Below are positions 49,631 through 60,705 of a stretch of DNA of 64,000 bases, one piece after another. The stretch is taken from positions 18,872 to 82,871 of the forward strand of contig CAZSWP010000013.1 in assembly GCA_964610875.1 (NCBI GenBank), in the 5' to 3' direction. Position 1 is the stretch's first letter, and each line of letters begins with the position of its first letter. Made by a program: the position numbers and the translations under genes. This stretch comes from an uncultured archaeon. Its GTDB lineage: Archaea > Asgardarchaeota > Thorarchaeia > Thorarchaeales > Thorarchaeaceae. The notes beneath the pieces were generated by a model. The model searched no databases. It was not told where the DNA came from and worked only from the letters and a program-made list of their open reading frames with translations.

Positions 49631-50593
49631 TCAAGGAGAATGCTCATGTTTGCTATCGATGATAGGAGTTATCTTAGAGGGGGTTGTTTCTTGGATTTCT
49701 GCATCCAATTCTTCATCATCTTTCACTCTTTCCCTATATCGCTTTACCTGCATAGCAATAACATATGAGAGGGCAGCAATGATACCAGCAATTGCACTTG
49801 GAGAAGCACTGATAGTGAAGGATGCAGCTAGGCCGAGTAGTTCTGAAACTAGAGCGATTCCAAATACTGCAAGGATAACACCTTTGAGAGAGGTCAGGAG
49901 TTCATTTGCAGCTGCAGCAGGAGCAATTAGAATCGCATAGACAAGGATTGCACCTACTGCTTTTGTTGCGAATGCAATTGCTAAAGCATAGATGATAAGC
50001 ATCAAGTAATGATATGCACGTGTGTTAAGACCGTGAGCCTCAGCGCCCTCCATATCAATGCTTACATACACGAATTCGCGATGAAACAGGAATGTTATGA
50101 ATATCAGAAAAACAGCGGTTCCTGCAAGCAGAAGAATATCAAGGTTGTTTAGTAAAAGGATATCTCCAATCAGATATCCCCAGATTTGAGGAACTTGGGT
50201 GGGAGGAATATAGTACATCAAGAGAACTGCGATGCTCATGGACAAAGCAAATGATACACCTACTGCCACCTCCATTTTTTGAGCAATGCCCTTCTCGCCA
50301 GCATACCCAGTGATTACTGCTACAAAGACACTGAATAGGAGAGCACCAATTATTGGGTCGAACCATGGAGCAATACCAGAGTATTGAAGAAACAGACCAA
50401 GTGCAGCTCCACCCAGTGCGGCGTGTGCAACACCTGATGTCATAAATGAGAGACCTCGAAACACAAGAAAAGTGCCGCTTGTGGAAGCAACTACTGCAAT
50501 TAGTATTGTACCAATAAGAGCTCTTTGAACGAACGGAATAGAAAGAAAACCGATAATTGCATCAATCATGATGACGATCAACTCCTGAGTCAT
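49631..50593 (-). CDS. znuB: Zn/Mn ABC transporter permease
   Basis: G..LV.R....T.G.AHAAL.G and L.GDIL motifs. Confidence 0.9.
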   Translation of the reverse strand: MTQELIVIMIDAIIGFLSIPFVQRALIGTILIAVVASTSGTFLVFRGLSFMTSGVAHAALGGAALGLFLQYSGIAPWFDPIIGALLFSVFVAVITGYAGEKGIAQKMEVAVGVSFALSMSIAVLLMYYIPPTQVPQIWGYLIGDILLLNNLDILLLAGTAVFLIFITFLFHREFVYVSIDMEGAEAHGLNTRAYHYLMLIIYALAIAFATKAVGAILVYAILIAPAAAANELLTSLKGVILAVFGIALVSELLGLAASFTISASPSAIAGIIAALSYVIAMQVKRYRERVKDDEELDAEIQETTPSKITPIIDSKHEHSP

Positions 50594-51383
50594 GGGTCAT
50601 ACAGTATCTGTGACCACCATATTCAACAACTCGTGCAGATGGGCCGTAAACTTTTGTCAAGAGGGTGGGATCCATCATGTCACAAGGAGTTCCAATTCCA
50701 ACGAGTCTGTTCTTGAGAAGAAGAACATTGTCAACTAACACATGGATCGGATTCAAATCATGGGTCACCATTATAACGCTTAGCTCATGTTCTTTATGAT
50801 ACTCACCTAGGGTTTCCACAATCAACTGTTGACTTTTTGCGTCAGTTCCGGCCAATGGTTCATCTAGAATCATGAGAGACCCGTCTGAAGCTAAAGCTCG
50901 TGATAACAGGACACGTTGACGTTGTCCACCAGAGAGCTCATTGAATGGATGATCCCAATAATCAAGCATATTCACTCGTTCAAGCGCATTTTCTGCGAGT
51001 TTGATGTCTTTTCGTGATGTCAGTCTTGGGGGAGACTTTTTCAAAAGACGACCCATAAGAGCGATATCTTTGACCTTCATAGGTACATTGAGGTCGATTT
51101 TGTCTCGTTGTGGGACATAACGTACTCGTTTTCGAATCTCCTTCTGTTCTGAAGTACTGTCAAAGCCCAAAACGTGAATTGACCCACGAATAGGTGTTAG
51201 AAGACCCAACATTGTTTTTAGAAGCGTGCTCTTTCCCGAACCATTTGGACCAATCACAGCCGTAAAGGAAGGAGACTTTATTGAGAAATCTAACCCATGT
51301 AGTGCTAATGCACCATTTGGGTATTTCACTGACAAGTTCTTCACTTCCAGTAGCATTGAAGACGACATTCTATCCACTCCCAA
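50562..51383 (-). CDS. znuC: Zn/Mn ABC transporter ATPase
   Basis: GPNGSGKST, YVPQ, LSGGQ.QR and THDL motifs. Confidence 0.9.
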   Translation of the reverse strand: MGVDRMSSSMLLEVKNLSVKYPNGALALHGLDFSIKSPSFTAVIGPNGSGKSTLLKTMLGLLTPIRGSIHVLGFDSTSEQKEIRKRVRYVPQRDKIDLNVPMKVKDIALMGRLLKKSPPRLTSRKDIKLAENALERVNMLDYWDHPFNELSGGQRQRVLLSRALASDGSLMILDEPLAGTDAKSQQLIVETLGEYHKEHELSVIMVTHDLNPIHVLVDNVLLLKNRLVGIGTPCDMMDPTLLTKVYGPSARVVEYGGHRYCMTHDSGVDRHHD

Positions 51384-51765
51384 TCATATTCAAATACATA
51401 CGACCAACAAGTCGGCTAGTTCGAAAAGATTTTACAAAATCTTTGATAGCGTCTGCATCACCATTTACAACGAACACTTCTACACAGCTGCCATCTATAG
51501 TATGAGAGTGCATCATCGCAGAAATCAGATCAGCGTGAGTGTGCTGCACTTGTTTACAGACGCCATCCTTATCAGCCTCTTGATACATAATCGTGACCAC
51601 AACGGTAGAAGGACCTGATAAAGATTCTAACTCTGCTTGTTCGGTAAGCAATGAAGAAAGAGCGTGTCGCATAATCTCCGACCTATTCGAGAACATGCCT
51701 TTTGATTGTATTCTCTCCAATGCATCAATGTCTGAGTTTCGTAATGAGATTGCTACTACGGGCAT
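51370..51765 (-). CDS. NikR-family ribbon-helix-helix regulator
   Basis: NRSE..R.A, QH, H.H and C.E metal-binding domain. Confidence 0.85.
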   Translation of the reverse strand: MPVVAISLRNSDIDALERIQSKGMFSNRSEIMRHALSSLLTEQAELESLSGPSTVVVTIMYQEADKDGVCKQVQHTHADLISAMMHSHTIDGSCVEVFVVNGDADAIKDFVKSFRTSRLVGRMYLNMIGSG

Positions 51766-51803
51766 TTTTCAGCTGGCCTCATTTGAACCTGTTTTGATTC
51801 AAT

Positions 51804-51871
51804 GTTATTAAGTTGCAGCAAAAGATTTAATAACGTTTTAGTTATTAACATTTCAATGTAAAATTAATAAC
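51804..51871. promoter_or_regulatory. Two tandem operators GTTATTAA-N15-TTAATAAC
   Basis: Exact motif at 51804-51834 and 51841-51871 between the divergent regulator and znuA. Confidence 0.75.
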
Positions 51872-51880
51872 TCTAGTAAG

Positions 51881-52951
51881 GTGAGAGAGTTGAAACGAGA
51901 GAGTTCAGCATTAATACTAGGTATAATGATAGTAATTATGATTGCAGGGAATGTAAGTATTGCAGAAGCCCAATCTGAACCAGTACTGACAATCGCTGTA
52001 TCTGTAACTCCACTTGCAGGCATCGCTGAAAAGGTCGGCGGGGGCTATAATGCAATCACAACTATTCTTCCTGAAGGAGTTGAACCTCATGCAGCACAAC
52101 TTCCGCAGGATGCGGTAAATGCGGCAAATGATGCGGATCTCCTAATTCTCACTGGCCATTTCTCATGGGAAGACAATCTCTTGGAACAAGTCAACAAACC
52201 GTACATATCATTGGAAGACTATGAGATGTTTGGAGCAGAGCTCTCACCACTACCAGGGGAAGAACATGATTCACATGCATTAGCACAAGATGACCATGAT
52301 CATCATGAAGGAAATATTCATTCCTACTGGCTTCTCCCAAAAAATGCAATTGCTATAGCCAATGCCACCATGAACGCATTCATGGATCTAGCCCCGGGAA
52401 ATTCGGAGCATTGGCAGTTATCCTTTGATGGGTTTGTAGCAGATGTTGAGAGGTTTCTCGATCTTGTTGATGAAGCTGATGAGGAATACTCCTTTTCAGA
52501 ATTGCATGCAGTAGTTGTTTTCCCCGCAGAAGCATATGTTGCTGAGGCATTTGGTATCGAAGTTGAAGGTGTATTACAAGAAGGAGACAATGTGTTCATT
52601 TCAGGTGCTGAGCTGGTTGAAGTTCAACGTGCATTAGGTAATGGTAGTATCGATTTGATTCTAGGCTCAGATATTGCTCGACTACAGGCGGGAGGAGAGT
52701 TTGCAACTCAGTTGGCGGAAGACACGAATTCCAAAATCATATGGTTCCGAGCAATCTTCTTCTCAGGCCTCTCAGATTATCTGTCAGTTATGACTTACAA
52801 TCTAGGTAGTCTCACATCTGGATTAGAAGCACAAGCACCTGTACAGAATAACTCAGGGGTTTTGGTTGGATTTATTGGCATCATTGTAGTCTTGGGAATA
52901 ATGCTCTTAGTAGAAACAGTATTGCTAGTTAGAAAAGTACGAGAAGTATAA
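51881..52951 (+). CDS. znuA: Zn/Mn ABC substrate-binding protein
   Basis: P.G.EPH, His-rich loop and H.WL.P motifs; C-terminal TM. Confidence 0.88.
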   Translation: MRELKRESSALILGIMIVIMIAGNVSIAEAQSEPVLTIAVSVTPLAGIAEKVGGGYNAITTILPEGVEPHAAQLPQDAVNAANDADLLILTGHFSWEDNLLEQVNKPYISLEDYEMFGAELSPLPGEEHDSHALAQDDHDHHEGNIHSYWLLPKNAIAIANATMNAFMDLAPGNSEHWQLSFDGFVADVERFLDLVDEADEEYSFSELHAVVVFPAEAYVAEAFGIEVEGVLQEGDNVFISGAELVEVQRALGNGSIDLILGSDIARLQAGGEFATQLAEDTNSKIIWFRAIFFSGLSDYLSVMTYNLGSLTSGLEAQAPVQNNSGVLVGFIGIIVVLGIMLLVETVLLVRKVREV

Positions 52952-52954
52952 TAC

Positions 52955-53293
52955 TCACATCTCAACACTTGTACCAAGTCTGAGATTATATACGCGAAAC
53001 TCCAGTTGTGTTAGTTCATCTTGTAGCTTCTTGTATTTCTCTTGAAATTCTGATTCACCTATAATACCAACCTTTTTCTCACGGACAAGGTCTTTGAGAG
53101 CTTTTTGCCTTTCATGAATCATACCTTTCAGTTCTTCCCATCTCTCCCTGTTTTGAGATGTGGCGTTGTCCCAACTCTCACTAGAACTCTTTGAGGCATC
53201 AAGTTTAGACACTAAATCATCAAGAGATTTCTTTATCTCCTCGGGAGCTTTTTTTTGCTCTTCTTCATCGGCCAAGAAAGTCACCAGTAACAA
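52955..53293 (-). CDS. Coiled-coil hypothetical protein
   Basis: Charged helical 112-aa ORF. Confidence 0.6.
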   Translation of the reverse strand: MLLVTFLADEEEQKKAPEEIKKSLDDLVSKLDASKSSSESWDNATSQNRERWEELKGMIHERQKALKDLVREKKVGIIGESEFQEKYKKLQDELTQLEFRVYNLRLGTSVEM

Positions 53294-53335
53294 ATTATCA
53301 TCCAGAGTTTGTTATATGATTTGAGTTCCGTCACT

Positions 53336-54262
53336 CTACCAAATTAAGAGAGGAATGATTGGCACCACAGGTAAGAGGAGGAGCGTTCCTAGTGTGACAA
53401 TTGTCGCAGCCATTTCGGAATCCAACTCGAGCGCTGTGGCGAATATCACAGTAATCACTGCTGCAGGCATCATAGCTTGCAATACCAAGATTGCGCGTGT
53501 GACTGATGTAACTGGAATTACTAGTAGGACAAGGAACACCACAATAGGTACGATGAACTGACGAACTGCAACCGTTTCTATAGCAGTTCTAATGTGAGAC
53601 ATCGTGACCTTTGCACCTATACCTAGTCCTACTGCAAATAGGGCAAGATAGGTAGTGATAGTATTGCTAGTACCAATGACAGGTTGAATTTCAATTGGCA
53701 CAGAAAATCCAAAGATAGCAAGCAGAATCCCAATCATTGATGAGATAAAGGGAGGAAACAGTAAAGCTTTCTTGATCATAGCCAATCTGTTTGTGCCATC
53801 TCTTCCATACACTGACCCAATAAGAGTGCCTAGAGTTGCCAGAAGAATCATTTGACCGATCGAATAGAATGCAACAATCGGGACACCAATATCCCCTATG
53901 AACATAAGAATCAATGGAACGGGAATGAAGATTGCATTATTGAATGCAACACACAGTAGAATAGAACCTCTCGTAGGGGAGGGGATATCGCTATTTCGCA
54001 TTCGGAGTAACATGATGATTATACCAAGGAAATGAATCAGAATAACAAATCCAATGACAAGGGGAAATTCAGCGAGAGTCTGACTAGCTGCTGAGAGTAA
54101 TGTGTTGATTATTAATATGGGAAGTAGTATGTAAATCAGGACTTGAGTCACTACTTTGTTGAACGAATCAGCTCTTGGAGCAAATTTCATAGTAAGAAAG
54201 CCAAGCAGTATGAATACATAGAAGAGACTCAATCGTATTGCAATATCAGTGACCGTCTGCAT
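53336..54262 (-). CDS. AEC (auxin efflux carrier) family transporter
   Basis: Multi-TM; F.N..F...P and Q..MP.A motifs. Confidence 0.88.
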   Translation of the reverse strand: MQTVTDIAIRLSLFYVFILLGFLTMKFAPRADSFNKVVTQVLIYILLPILIINTLLSAASQTLAEFPLVIGFVILIHFLGIIIMLLRMRNSDIPSPTRGSILLCVAFNNAIFIPVPLILMFIGDIGVPIVAFYSIGQMILLATLGTLIGSVYGRDGTNRLAMIKKALLFPPFISSMIGILLAIFGFSVPIEIQPVIGTSNTITTYLALFAVGLGIGAKVTMSHIRTAIETVAVRQFIVPIVVFLVLLVIPVTSVTRAILVLQAMMPAAVITVIFATALELDSEMAATIVTLGTLLLLPVVPIIPLLIW

Positions 54263-54318
54263 CTACTTCACAACCCGCTTGGAAGATATCACACGAAAGA
54301 AGATATCGGTCTGTACAA

Positions 54319-56106
54319 TTATTTCTCCGCTATTTCTCTCAACCCAAGACGTTCAAGTTCGACCTCTGCAGGAATTCCAGAAATTGAATCCCATTTTCTA
54401 TATTTGTAATAATCACTCAATTGCCTATTAATGTCAGGCACAAAATCCTCAGTCACACTCTCTGGAAGTGGTTTTAGGAGGTCCTCTGGGAGGGAGTCAT
54501 ACTCTGGTGTCAGCCCGAATCTGATATTTAGTAGTCGTTTCAGGTTCACAATCCTTGCACCAATGGTCAAAATGTCACCAATAGAGTATGATGATCCAGT
54601 TGCTAGATTCAGAAGACGAACCATCAGTTCTGGTGAAACTTCAGGAAAGTGACAAAGAATCATAGAGTCATGAAATGCACGAAAGTCCTGGTTCTTCGCT
54701 GCTGTAATCCCTTTCCCCTCATCAGATAAACGATTACTCGATTCAATACCAAGGGAGTGGACATCAATACCAATATCTATAGTGTGCATATCTGATTCTG
54801 TATGACTAGCTCCACGAGCAGAAACAGCATAAGTAGTAGCCAATCCTGCATATGCTCGCGGGTCATGATTAGGAATCTCCATTCCTTTCACATGTAGAAC
54901 ATATTTTTCAAAACCATATTTCTTGGCAAATCGGAGAGACCCCTCAGCAAGTTCGTTGCCATGTCCTCGTCTGAAGGATATATCACTCACTAATTGAAAT
55001 ACAGCATCCATGTCACCCCACTCAATATCCCAATCCAAGAGTCCCTTCTCACAGAACATCATAATAAGTGCAATAGTACTTCCGCAACTAATCGTATCCA
55101 GACCGTAGAGATTACAGAGGTGGTTTGCATGAGCTACTGCTTTGATATCGGGATTAAGGATATTTGTGCCAAATGATGCAATTGTTTGAAACTCAGGACC
55201 CGCAATATCAATAGTATCATGCTCAGGAATAGATATCAATCTACCACAAGCGATAGGGCATGAATAACACGCTTTTCGACCAGTCAGAATTGACATCATG
55301 GCCTTTGCATTGAGACCAGAAACATCATACTCCGCCTGCTGAAAATATTTCACGGGTATATCACCGGCATTCATACCACGATTCACATACATTGCGGTCC
55401 CTTCTGCACCTAGAGTTCTATGCTTATCTCTAAGCTGTTTAGATAATGCAAGAACAATGTTTCTGAATGCATCAGTACTATGAACTGCTACTTTCTTACT
55501 GCCCTTGACAACAACAGCTTTCAGCTTTTTTGAACCCATGACGGCGCCTAGACCACATCTTGCTGCGACCCGTTCTTCATTTACTATACTCGAGAATCGA
55601 ACCAGATTTTCACCAGCTGGACCTATACACGCGATTCTTGATTTTCCATGTTCCTCGCATATCTTTACCTGAGTTATCTGTGTATCCAAACCCCAGAGAT
55701 GCTCTGCATTATCTAACATGCTCGTTACATTATCTATCACCAGCATCTGTGGTTTGGTTGCTTTCCCGGTGATGATAACGCCATCATAACCCGCAAACTT
55801 CAGTTCTGCGCCGAAATGACCACCAGCATTCGACTCCCCCCAAAATCCAGTCAAAGGAGAACGCCCACAAATAACATGACGACCAGTACAGGGAGCGCGT
55901 GTACCAGTCAAGGGGCCAGTCATGAATACAAGAGGGTTATCGGGTTCAAATGGTCCTGGAACTTCATCAGTCATGTCATAGATTAACTTGGATGCATAAC
56001 CACTACCGCCAACAAACAACTTTGCATGGTCATGATTGAGAGAGATGGATGTGATTGTTGCTGAAGTTAGATCAACTCTTAGTAACCTTCCCATATATCC
56101 ATGCAA
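54319..56106 (-). CDS. aor: Aldehyde:ferredoxin oxidoreductase family protein
   Basis: SPLTG..GES..GG, IGPAGEN.V, GAVMGSK.LKA, C..CPI.C and GLDTIS motifs. Confidence 0.93.
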   Translation of the reverse strand: MHGYMGRLLRVDLTSATITSISLNHDHAKLFVGGSGYASKLIYDMTDEVPGPFEPDNPLVFMTGPLTGTRAPCTGRHVICGRSPLTGFWGESNAGGHFGAELKFAGYDGVIITGKATKPQMLVIDNVTSMLDNAEHLWGLDTQITQVKICEEHGKSRIACIGPAGENLVRFSSIVNEERVAARCGLGAVMGSKKLKAVVVKGSKKVAVHSTDAFRNIVLALSKQLRDKHRTLGAEGTAMYVNRGMNAGDIPVKYFQQAEYDVSGLNAKAMMSILTGRKACYSCPIACGRLISIPEHDTIDIAGPEFQTIASFGTNILNPDIKAVAHANHLCNLYGLDTISCGSTIALIMMFCEKGLLDWDIEWGDMDAVFQLVSDISFRRGHGNELAEGSLRFAKKYGFEKYVLHVKGMEIPNHDPRAYAGLATTYAVSARGASHTESDMHTIDIGIDVHSLGIESSNRLSDEGKGITAAKNQDFRAFHDSMILCHFPEVSPELMVRLLNLATGSSYSIGDILTIGARIVNLKRLLNIRFGLTPEYDSLPEDLLKPLPESVTEDFVPDINRQLSDYYKYRKWDSISGIPAEVELERLGLREIAEK

Positions 56107-56247
56107 ACTTCAAAGGCCTCCTTTCCTGTTTAAAGCGGTCTTATATTACATAGTTGTTTATGTCACAAACCAGACTTCAATCCACACAGATACCTCGTAT
56201 TATATACAAATTATATGTTCTCATACATGTGATATACAACGAATGAA

Positions 56248-56395
56248 TCTGCTATTATAATAGAAAATGTAACCAAATGATTCAATTCATGGCCGCTGTG
56301 GATTATTTAAACCTCGAAATAAAATGGAGTGAGCTCTTCAGTCTTTTACGACCTAATGGAGCAGGAAAGACGACTCTGCTGAATGTTTTAGCTAC
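56248..56395 (+). pseudogene. 5' remnant of an ABC ATPase gene
   Basis: 56289-56395 reads AVDYLNLEIK..ELFSLLRPNGAGKTTLLNVLA (decayed Walker A). Confidence 0.65.
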
Positions 56396-56413
56396 TAAAT
56401 GCAACGCTAACAA

Positions 56414-56599
56414 CCGTTCATTGTAAGCTGGACATATCTGAACACCGGAGTCTTGTCTGTCCGGGGACGGTACTGGAACGTCACTCTGTGGGGTCAGTAC
56501 AACGATGTCAGTCGACCTGTGATAGCATTTCGTATTGAAGGATACAAGCTACTACACAGAATGTCCAGGTCTGTCTAGGTTTTTGCAGCTGTGAGCAAC
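56414..56599 (+). repeat. ~187-nt structured dispersed repeat, copy 3
   Basis: Aligns end to end with copy 1. Confidence 0.9.
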
Positions 56600-56676
56600 C
56601 CAAGGTTCTGTCCAAGTAGGCGGTTTTTATGTTGAGTTTGATGCGAACAATGCTCGAAGGATTTCCCCTTTCTGCA

Positions 56677-57996
56677 TTATTTTATTGTGCTGACATGCAC
56701 ACTACATGACACGCAAGGGTCATACGATCTAACAACGGTCTGCAGTTTTTCAGCGATTATTTTCGAGTCATTTACTCCTTGCTCTAAGAGACCCTGTGTC
56801 ATTCTCTGAAGGTCAGCTTCCATAATTGGGAGGAACATGGCAGTCGGGGTGATAATATCGGCTTCTGATATGCGGCCTCTCTTGTCAACACCTACAGTGT
56901 ATGCCAGAAGTCCACGAGGTGCTTCTGTGACTGAAACACCTGTCCCGCCATCGGATATTTTTAGTTTCTTTCGTTTTTCGTCCTTAAGAGAAGTGACAAG
57001 GTTTCGTGCAATCTCTTCGGCTCTGTGTACAAAATAGACAAGTTCTACTGCTTGAGCAAAGTTATTTGCCATGGGATTGTTGGGGTCCAACTGATTCTCA
57101 TACATCTTTGCAATATCTTTTGCCCGACCACTCATGGTGTCCTTGAAAAGTGTAAAGCGGGAGAGGGCGCCGGTCATGAATGGTTCTGAGTTATAAGAAC
57201 CATGTTTAGCAAAGGAGTGTGGAACAACAGTTTCCGAGATACGCATCTTATATGCATCCTCTTTGAACTTTCCTCCACCGGTTGAATGAATTGTTGAGCC
57301 AAGCATGCTGTATTTTCCATCATATGGTTCCAATGCAAGATGGGTGCGTTCTGCATCCACTTCTGGCCAGTGTCGGAATGACACTAGATGTTCAAGAGCT
57401 TCTTCTGATTCATTACGCAATGCACGAAGACGGTCTGAGAGTTTCTCAAGCTGTTTCTTGGTCGGCAGCTTTCCAAATCCACCCATGAGGACATTCTCTT
57501 GATGGATGTATCGTGAACCAAGTACTGTCTGAATATCAGCACCAATGTCTTTCAAGCGCATACCAGCAGAAAGCAAGTCAGGATGTTCTTTATTCATGGA
57601 GAATCCATCAGGAAATCCCAGAAAGTCTGGCAACGCTAACAAGAAGAGATGAAGTGCATGACTCTCGATAATGTCACCAATATAGAGTAATTCACGCAGA
57701 GTTACTGTCTGTTTGGATGGTTTAAGACCAATAGCATTCTCAGCAGCCTCAACGCCTGTGATTTTATGAGCGGCAGCACAAAAAGAGCAAACTCGTGGGA
57801 AGACAGCAACAGCTTCCTCAACAGGTTTTCCTAGAGTAATTGCTTCAAAATGCCGAGGTCCTTCAAAAATATTCACCTTGGCAACAGAGACCTTGTTTCC
57901 CTTCAGTACAACTTCAATTCCCGCTTTTCCTTCAATTCGGGCTATGTGGTCTACTGAAATAGGTGAGGTGATTGTTTTCTTCTTTGTTTTGGACAT
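56677..57996 (-). CDS. hydA: Group 3b [NiFe] hydrogenase large subunit
   Basis: RIEG, R.CSFC..AH, EAPRG and YDPC.SCSVH motifs. Confidence 0.93.
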   Translation of the reverse strand: MSKTKKKTITSPISVDHIARIEGKAGIEVVLKGNKVSVAKVNIFEGPRHFEAITLGKPVEEAVAVFPRVCSFCAAAHKITGVEAAENAIGLKPSKQTVTLRELLYIGDIIESHALHLFLLALPDFLGFPDGFSMNKEHPDLLSAGMRLKDIGADIQTVLGSRYIHQENVLMGGFGKLPTKKQLEKLSDRLRALRNESEEALEHLVSFRHWPEVDAERTHLALEPYDGKYSMLGSTIHSTGGGKFKEDAYKMRISETVVPHSFAKHGSYNSEPFMTGALSRFTLFKDTMSGRAKDIAKMYENQLDPNNPMANNFAQAVELVYFVHRAEEIARNLVTSLKDEKRKKLKISDGGTGVSVTEAPRGLLAYTVGVDKRGRISEADIITPTAMFLPIMEADLQRMTQGLLEQGVNDSKIIAEKLQTVVRSYDPCVSCSVHVSTIK

Positions 57997-58812
57997 TCAT
58001 TTCTTCCCTCCATAGACTCTATCAAGCATCCGTTCGATGTTTGGATCGTGCGCTCCAAAGATACGCATCCGATCTCTGACAAAATTCTCATCGAGGCCTT
58101 TTTCTTTGAAGGTCATAGCTAGAGAATCAAACCAAGCTGTATCATTGGGTACTGGACCTCTACATCCAATACAGGGGACATCGTACTTGATGCATCGTGC
58201 CTTGCAACCAGCTGTTGTTACTGGTCCCAAGCAAGGTGCACCACGTTCTATCAGGATGCAGGGATTGCCTGCAAGTCGACATTCCGCACAGACAGGATAG
58301 TCCTTAGCTTCCGGGAATGTGCCGAAGAGGAAAGTGGATATCATATACATTATCTCATCCTCTTCCGGAGGACATCCGGGTAAGAAATAGTCGACATCAA
58401 CATGGTGAGCAATCGGGGTCGCTTGTAGGGGTTTCATGTCTATTTTCCCATCACCATATACCTTGGATTGAAGCTTCTCAATGTCCATCTCATCTTCAGC
58501 CCAGCTCTGTACACCACCATTCACGGCACACGCACCAATCGCGACCAAGATACGACTGTGTTTTCGAATCTCCATGAGCTCTTCTAGATCCTTCTCTGTA
58601 GATACCGAGCCTTCTACAAATGCAATATCTACATCAGCTGGATGTTTACTAGCACTTGAAAGCATATAGAAACATTCGAAGGTCACTGCATCTGCGATGT
58701 CCATAATCTTCTGTACAGTTGCCAATTTCAGTTGACAACCATAACAGGAAGTGAGTGCAAACACACCTACTTTTGGTTTGCAGTCATCTCTGCATTCATC
58801 GATTACCGCCAT
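57997..58812 (-). CDS. hydD: Group 3b hydrogenase small subunit
   Basis: TSCYGCQ, EGSV, GACA, PGCPP and C.GCRG motifs. Confidence 0.93.
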   Translation of the reverse strand: MAVIDECRDDCKPKVGVFALTSCYGCQLKLATVQKIMDIADAVTFECFYMLSSASKHPADVDIAFVEGSVSTEKDLEELMEIRKHSRILVAIGACAVNGGVQSWAEDEMDIEKLQSKVYGDGKIDMKPLQATPIAHHVDVDYFLPGCPPEEDEIMYMISTFLFGTFPEAKDYPVCAECRLAGNPCILIERGAPCLGPVTTAGCKARCIKYDVPCIGCRGPVPNDTAWFDSLAMTFKEKGLDENFVRDRMRIFGAHDPNIERMLDRVYGGKK

Positions 58813-59676
58813 CTAAATCAACCCCGGAATGCTTGTGATTGCATAGTAATCGAACACAGGTCCATCCTTACAGGCGTATTTCCACGATGTGGCAGTGCCT
58901 ATGTTACAATGACCGCATTTCCCTACGCCACATTTCATACGCCTTTCAAGTGTTACAAAGATGTATCTTGGGTCATATCCCTTCTCAACAAGATAGTCAA
59001 ACATACCACGATACATAGCTGGAGGACCACACATTGCAACAGCACAATTCTTTGGGTCAACATTTGCTTTGTCCATGTGAGCTGTTGCTCTTCCATGCAA
59101 TCCTTTGTATTCAGGGTCTCTCGTAGCACTCTGAACGATTGCTATATTCTCTGCTGTGGCTATATCCTTCATAGCTTCGATTTCTTTCTCGAAGAGAAGT
59201 TCTTTCCCAAACTTTGCAGTGTTAATGATAGTGATATTACCGAATAGCCACCGGTTATCGATAGCATAGAGAAAAACTGAACGAAGAGGAGCCATTCCTA
59301 GACCTGCTGCAACACAGAGTAGGTCTCTACCGTGGAACTGCTCCATCGGGAATCCATTCCCATATGGTCCTCGAATACCAACCATCTCACCAGGAGATAA
59401 CTCGTGAATCTGTGAAGTGACACGACCAGCATTTCTTATACAGAGTTCAAAGAAACCCATCCTTCTTGCTGATGAGCAGATGGATATCGGTACCTCACCA
59501 AGCCCGAGAATGGACACTTCAACGAACTGTCCAGGTTTAAATCGCCAGTCTTGGGCCACATCAGGGTCTTCAAATCTGAAGAGGAAGAGGTCTTCAAGAT
59601 CTGTTAGTGGATATCTTCTGAGAAGACGACATTTGTGTGTTTCATAGATGCTTCTATCATCATGTGTATGTACCAT
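58813..59676 (-). CDS. hydG: Sulfhydrogenase gamma (FAD/NAD(P)) subunit
   Basis: PGQF, RGPYGNGF, CGPP.M and CG.GKCGHC motifs. Confidence 0.93.
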   Translation of the reverse strand: MVHTHDDRSIYETHKCRLLRRYPLTDLEDLFLFRFEDPDVAQDWRFKPGQFVEVSILGLGEVPISICSSARRMGFFELCIRNAGRVTSQIHELSPGEMVGIRGPYGNGFPMEQFHGRDLLCVAAGLGMAPLRSVFLYAIDNRWLFGNITIINTAKFGKELLFEKEIEAMKDIATAENIAIVQSATRDPEYKGLHGRATAHMDKANVDPKNCAVAMCGPPAMYRGMFDYLVEKGYDPRYIFVTLERRMKCGVGKCGHCNIGTATSWKYACKDGPVFDYYAITSIPGLI

Positions 59677-60705
59677 CTATTCTACCCCCTTATAGCCTGC
59701 AATTTCCATGAGATTGCTTCTGAATTTGATGTCAGCAGGACAGAAGTATGTACAACGTCCACAGCCAACACAATATGCGGTGGTTGTTTCAGCACAGTAT
59801 GCATTCTTGCATTGGTATCTATTGAAGAATCGACTCTTTTTTGTTGGGCGAAAATTATGGGGCCCAGCTGTTAGTCCATGAGTACGGAATTGGCAGGAGT
59901 CCCAACGACGTATTCTTGACCCTGTCCGTCCATCAATACTGGGCAGGTCAATAACATCATAACAGCGACAGGTCGGACATGTAAGGGTACAGTTCCCACA
60001 ACCCAGACACTTGTCAGCCTCTCTATCATACATTGGATGCTCCATTCGTAACTCCAAGAAATATCGGAGATTATCCCAGTTTCCTTTTACCGGAAACATA
60101 CTAGCCTTCTTTTCTTCAAATTCCTCTAAATATTTGATATCAGCATCACAGATCTCTTCGAAGAGTTCAGGATATGGATCAATTAGTTTGTGTCCAGTAA
60201 CTGTTCCTACACGAACGAGATAACCATCTGGCAGTTCATGGAAGAATAGATCGAAACCAGCATCAACAAACTCGATTCTGCGGACGTTACAGAAACAATA
60301 TTCATCAGGAAGGCAGGATAGTCCAATGATTATTCCATTCTTTCTCCTTTTCTCATAATATGGGTCAGGTAGGTCATCGAGAAACTTTGCATCCATAATT
60401 CTGAGTCCAACTATATCACATGCATGGACCCCGAATAGGATTATACGCTCATCCTTGGGTTCCATAGGATAGAGTTCGACGCGGGCGGTATCGAAGGTGA
60501 ACATTGTTTCCTCTTCGGGATAGAAAAACCTCCTTGGCGGGCGTATCGTTCTGTTATAATCAAACGAAACGTCACTTACGTCATTTACCTCACAGAAGTC
60601 ATAGAACTTTTCACTAATCTTCTGTGGCGCATATAGAGTCCCTTTTTGCTTGAGCAGGTCTAGGAATCTATACGTGTTTTCCTTGGAGATTTTAATATAC
60701 CTCAA
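59677..60705 (-). CDS. hydB: Sulfhydrogenase beta (Fe-S) subunit
   Basis: CL.CG.C...CPTC.C, WDSC and CVGCGRC...CP motifs. Confidence 0.93.
   Translation of the reverse strand: MRYIKISKENTYRFLDLLKQKGTLYAPQKISEKFYDFCEVNDVSDVSFDYNRTIRPPRRFFYPEEETMFTFDTARVELYPMEPKDERIILFGVHACDIVGLRIMDAKFLDDLPDPYYEKRRKNGIIIGLSCLPDEYCFCNVRRIEFVDAGFDLFFHELPDGYLVRVGTVTGHKLIDPYPELFEEICDADIKYLEEFEEKKASMFPVKGNWDNLRYFLELRMEHPMYDREADKCLGCGNCTLTCPTCRCYDVIDLPSIDGRTGSRIRRWDSCQFRTHGLTAGPHNFRPTKKSRFFNRYQCKNAYCAETTTAYCVGCGRCTYFCPADIKFRSNLMEIAGYKGVE

Noticed and set aside
56677-56720. Selenocysteine in the hydrogenase large subunit
   Set aside because: The DPCVSC motif uses ordinary Cys codons
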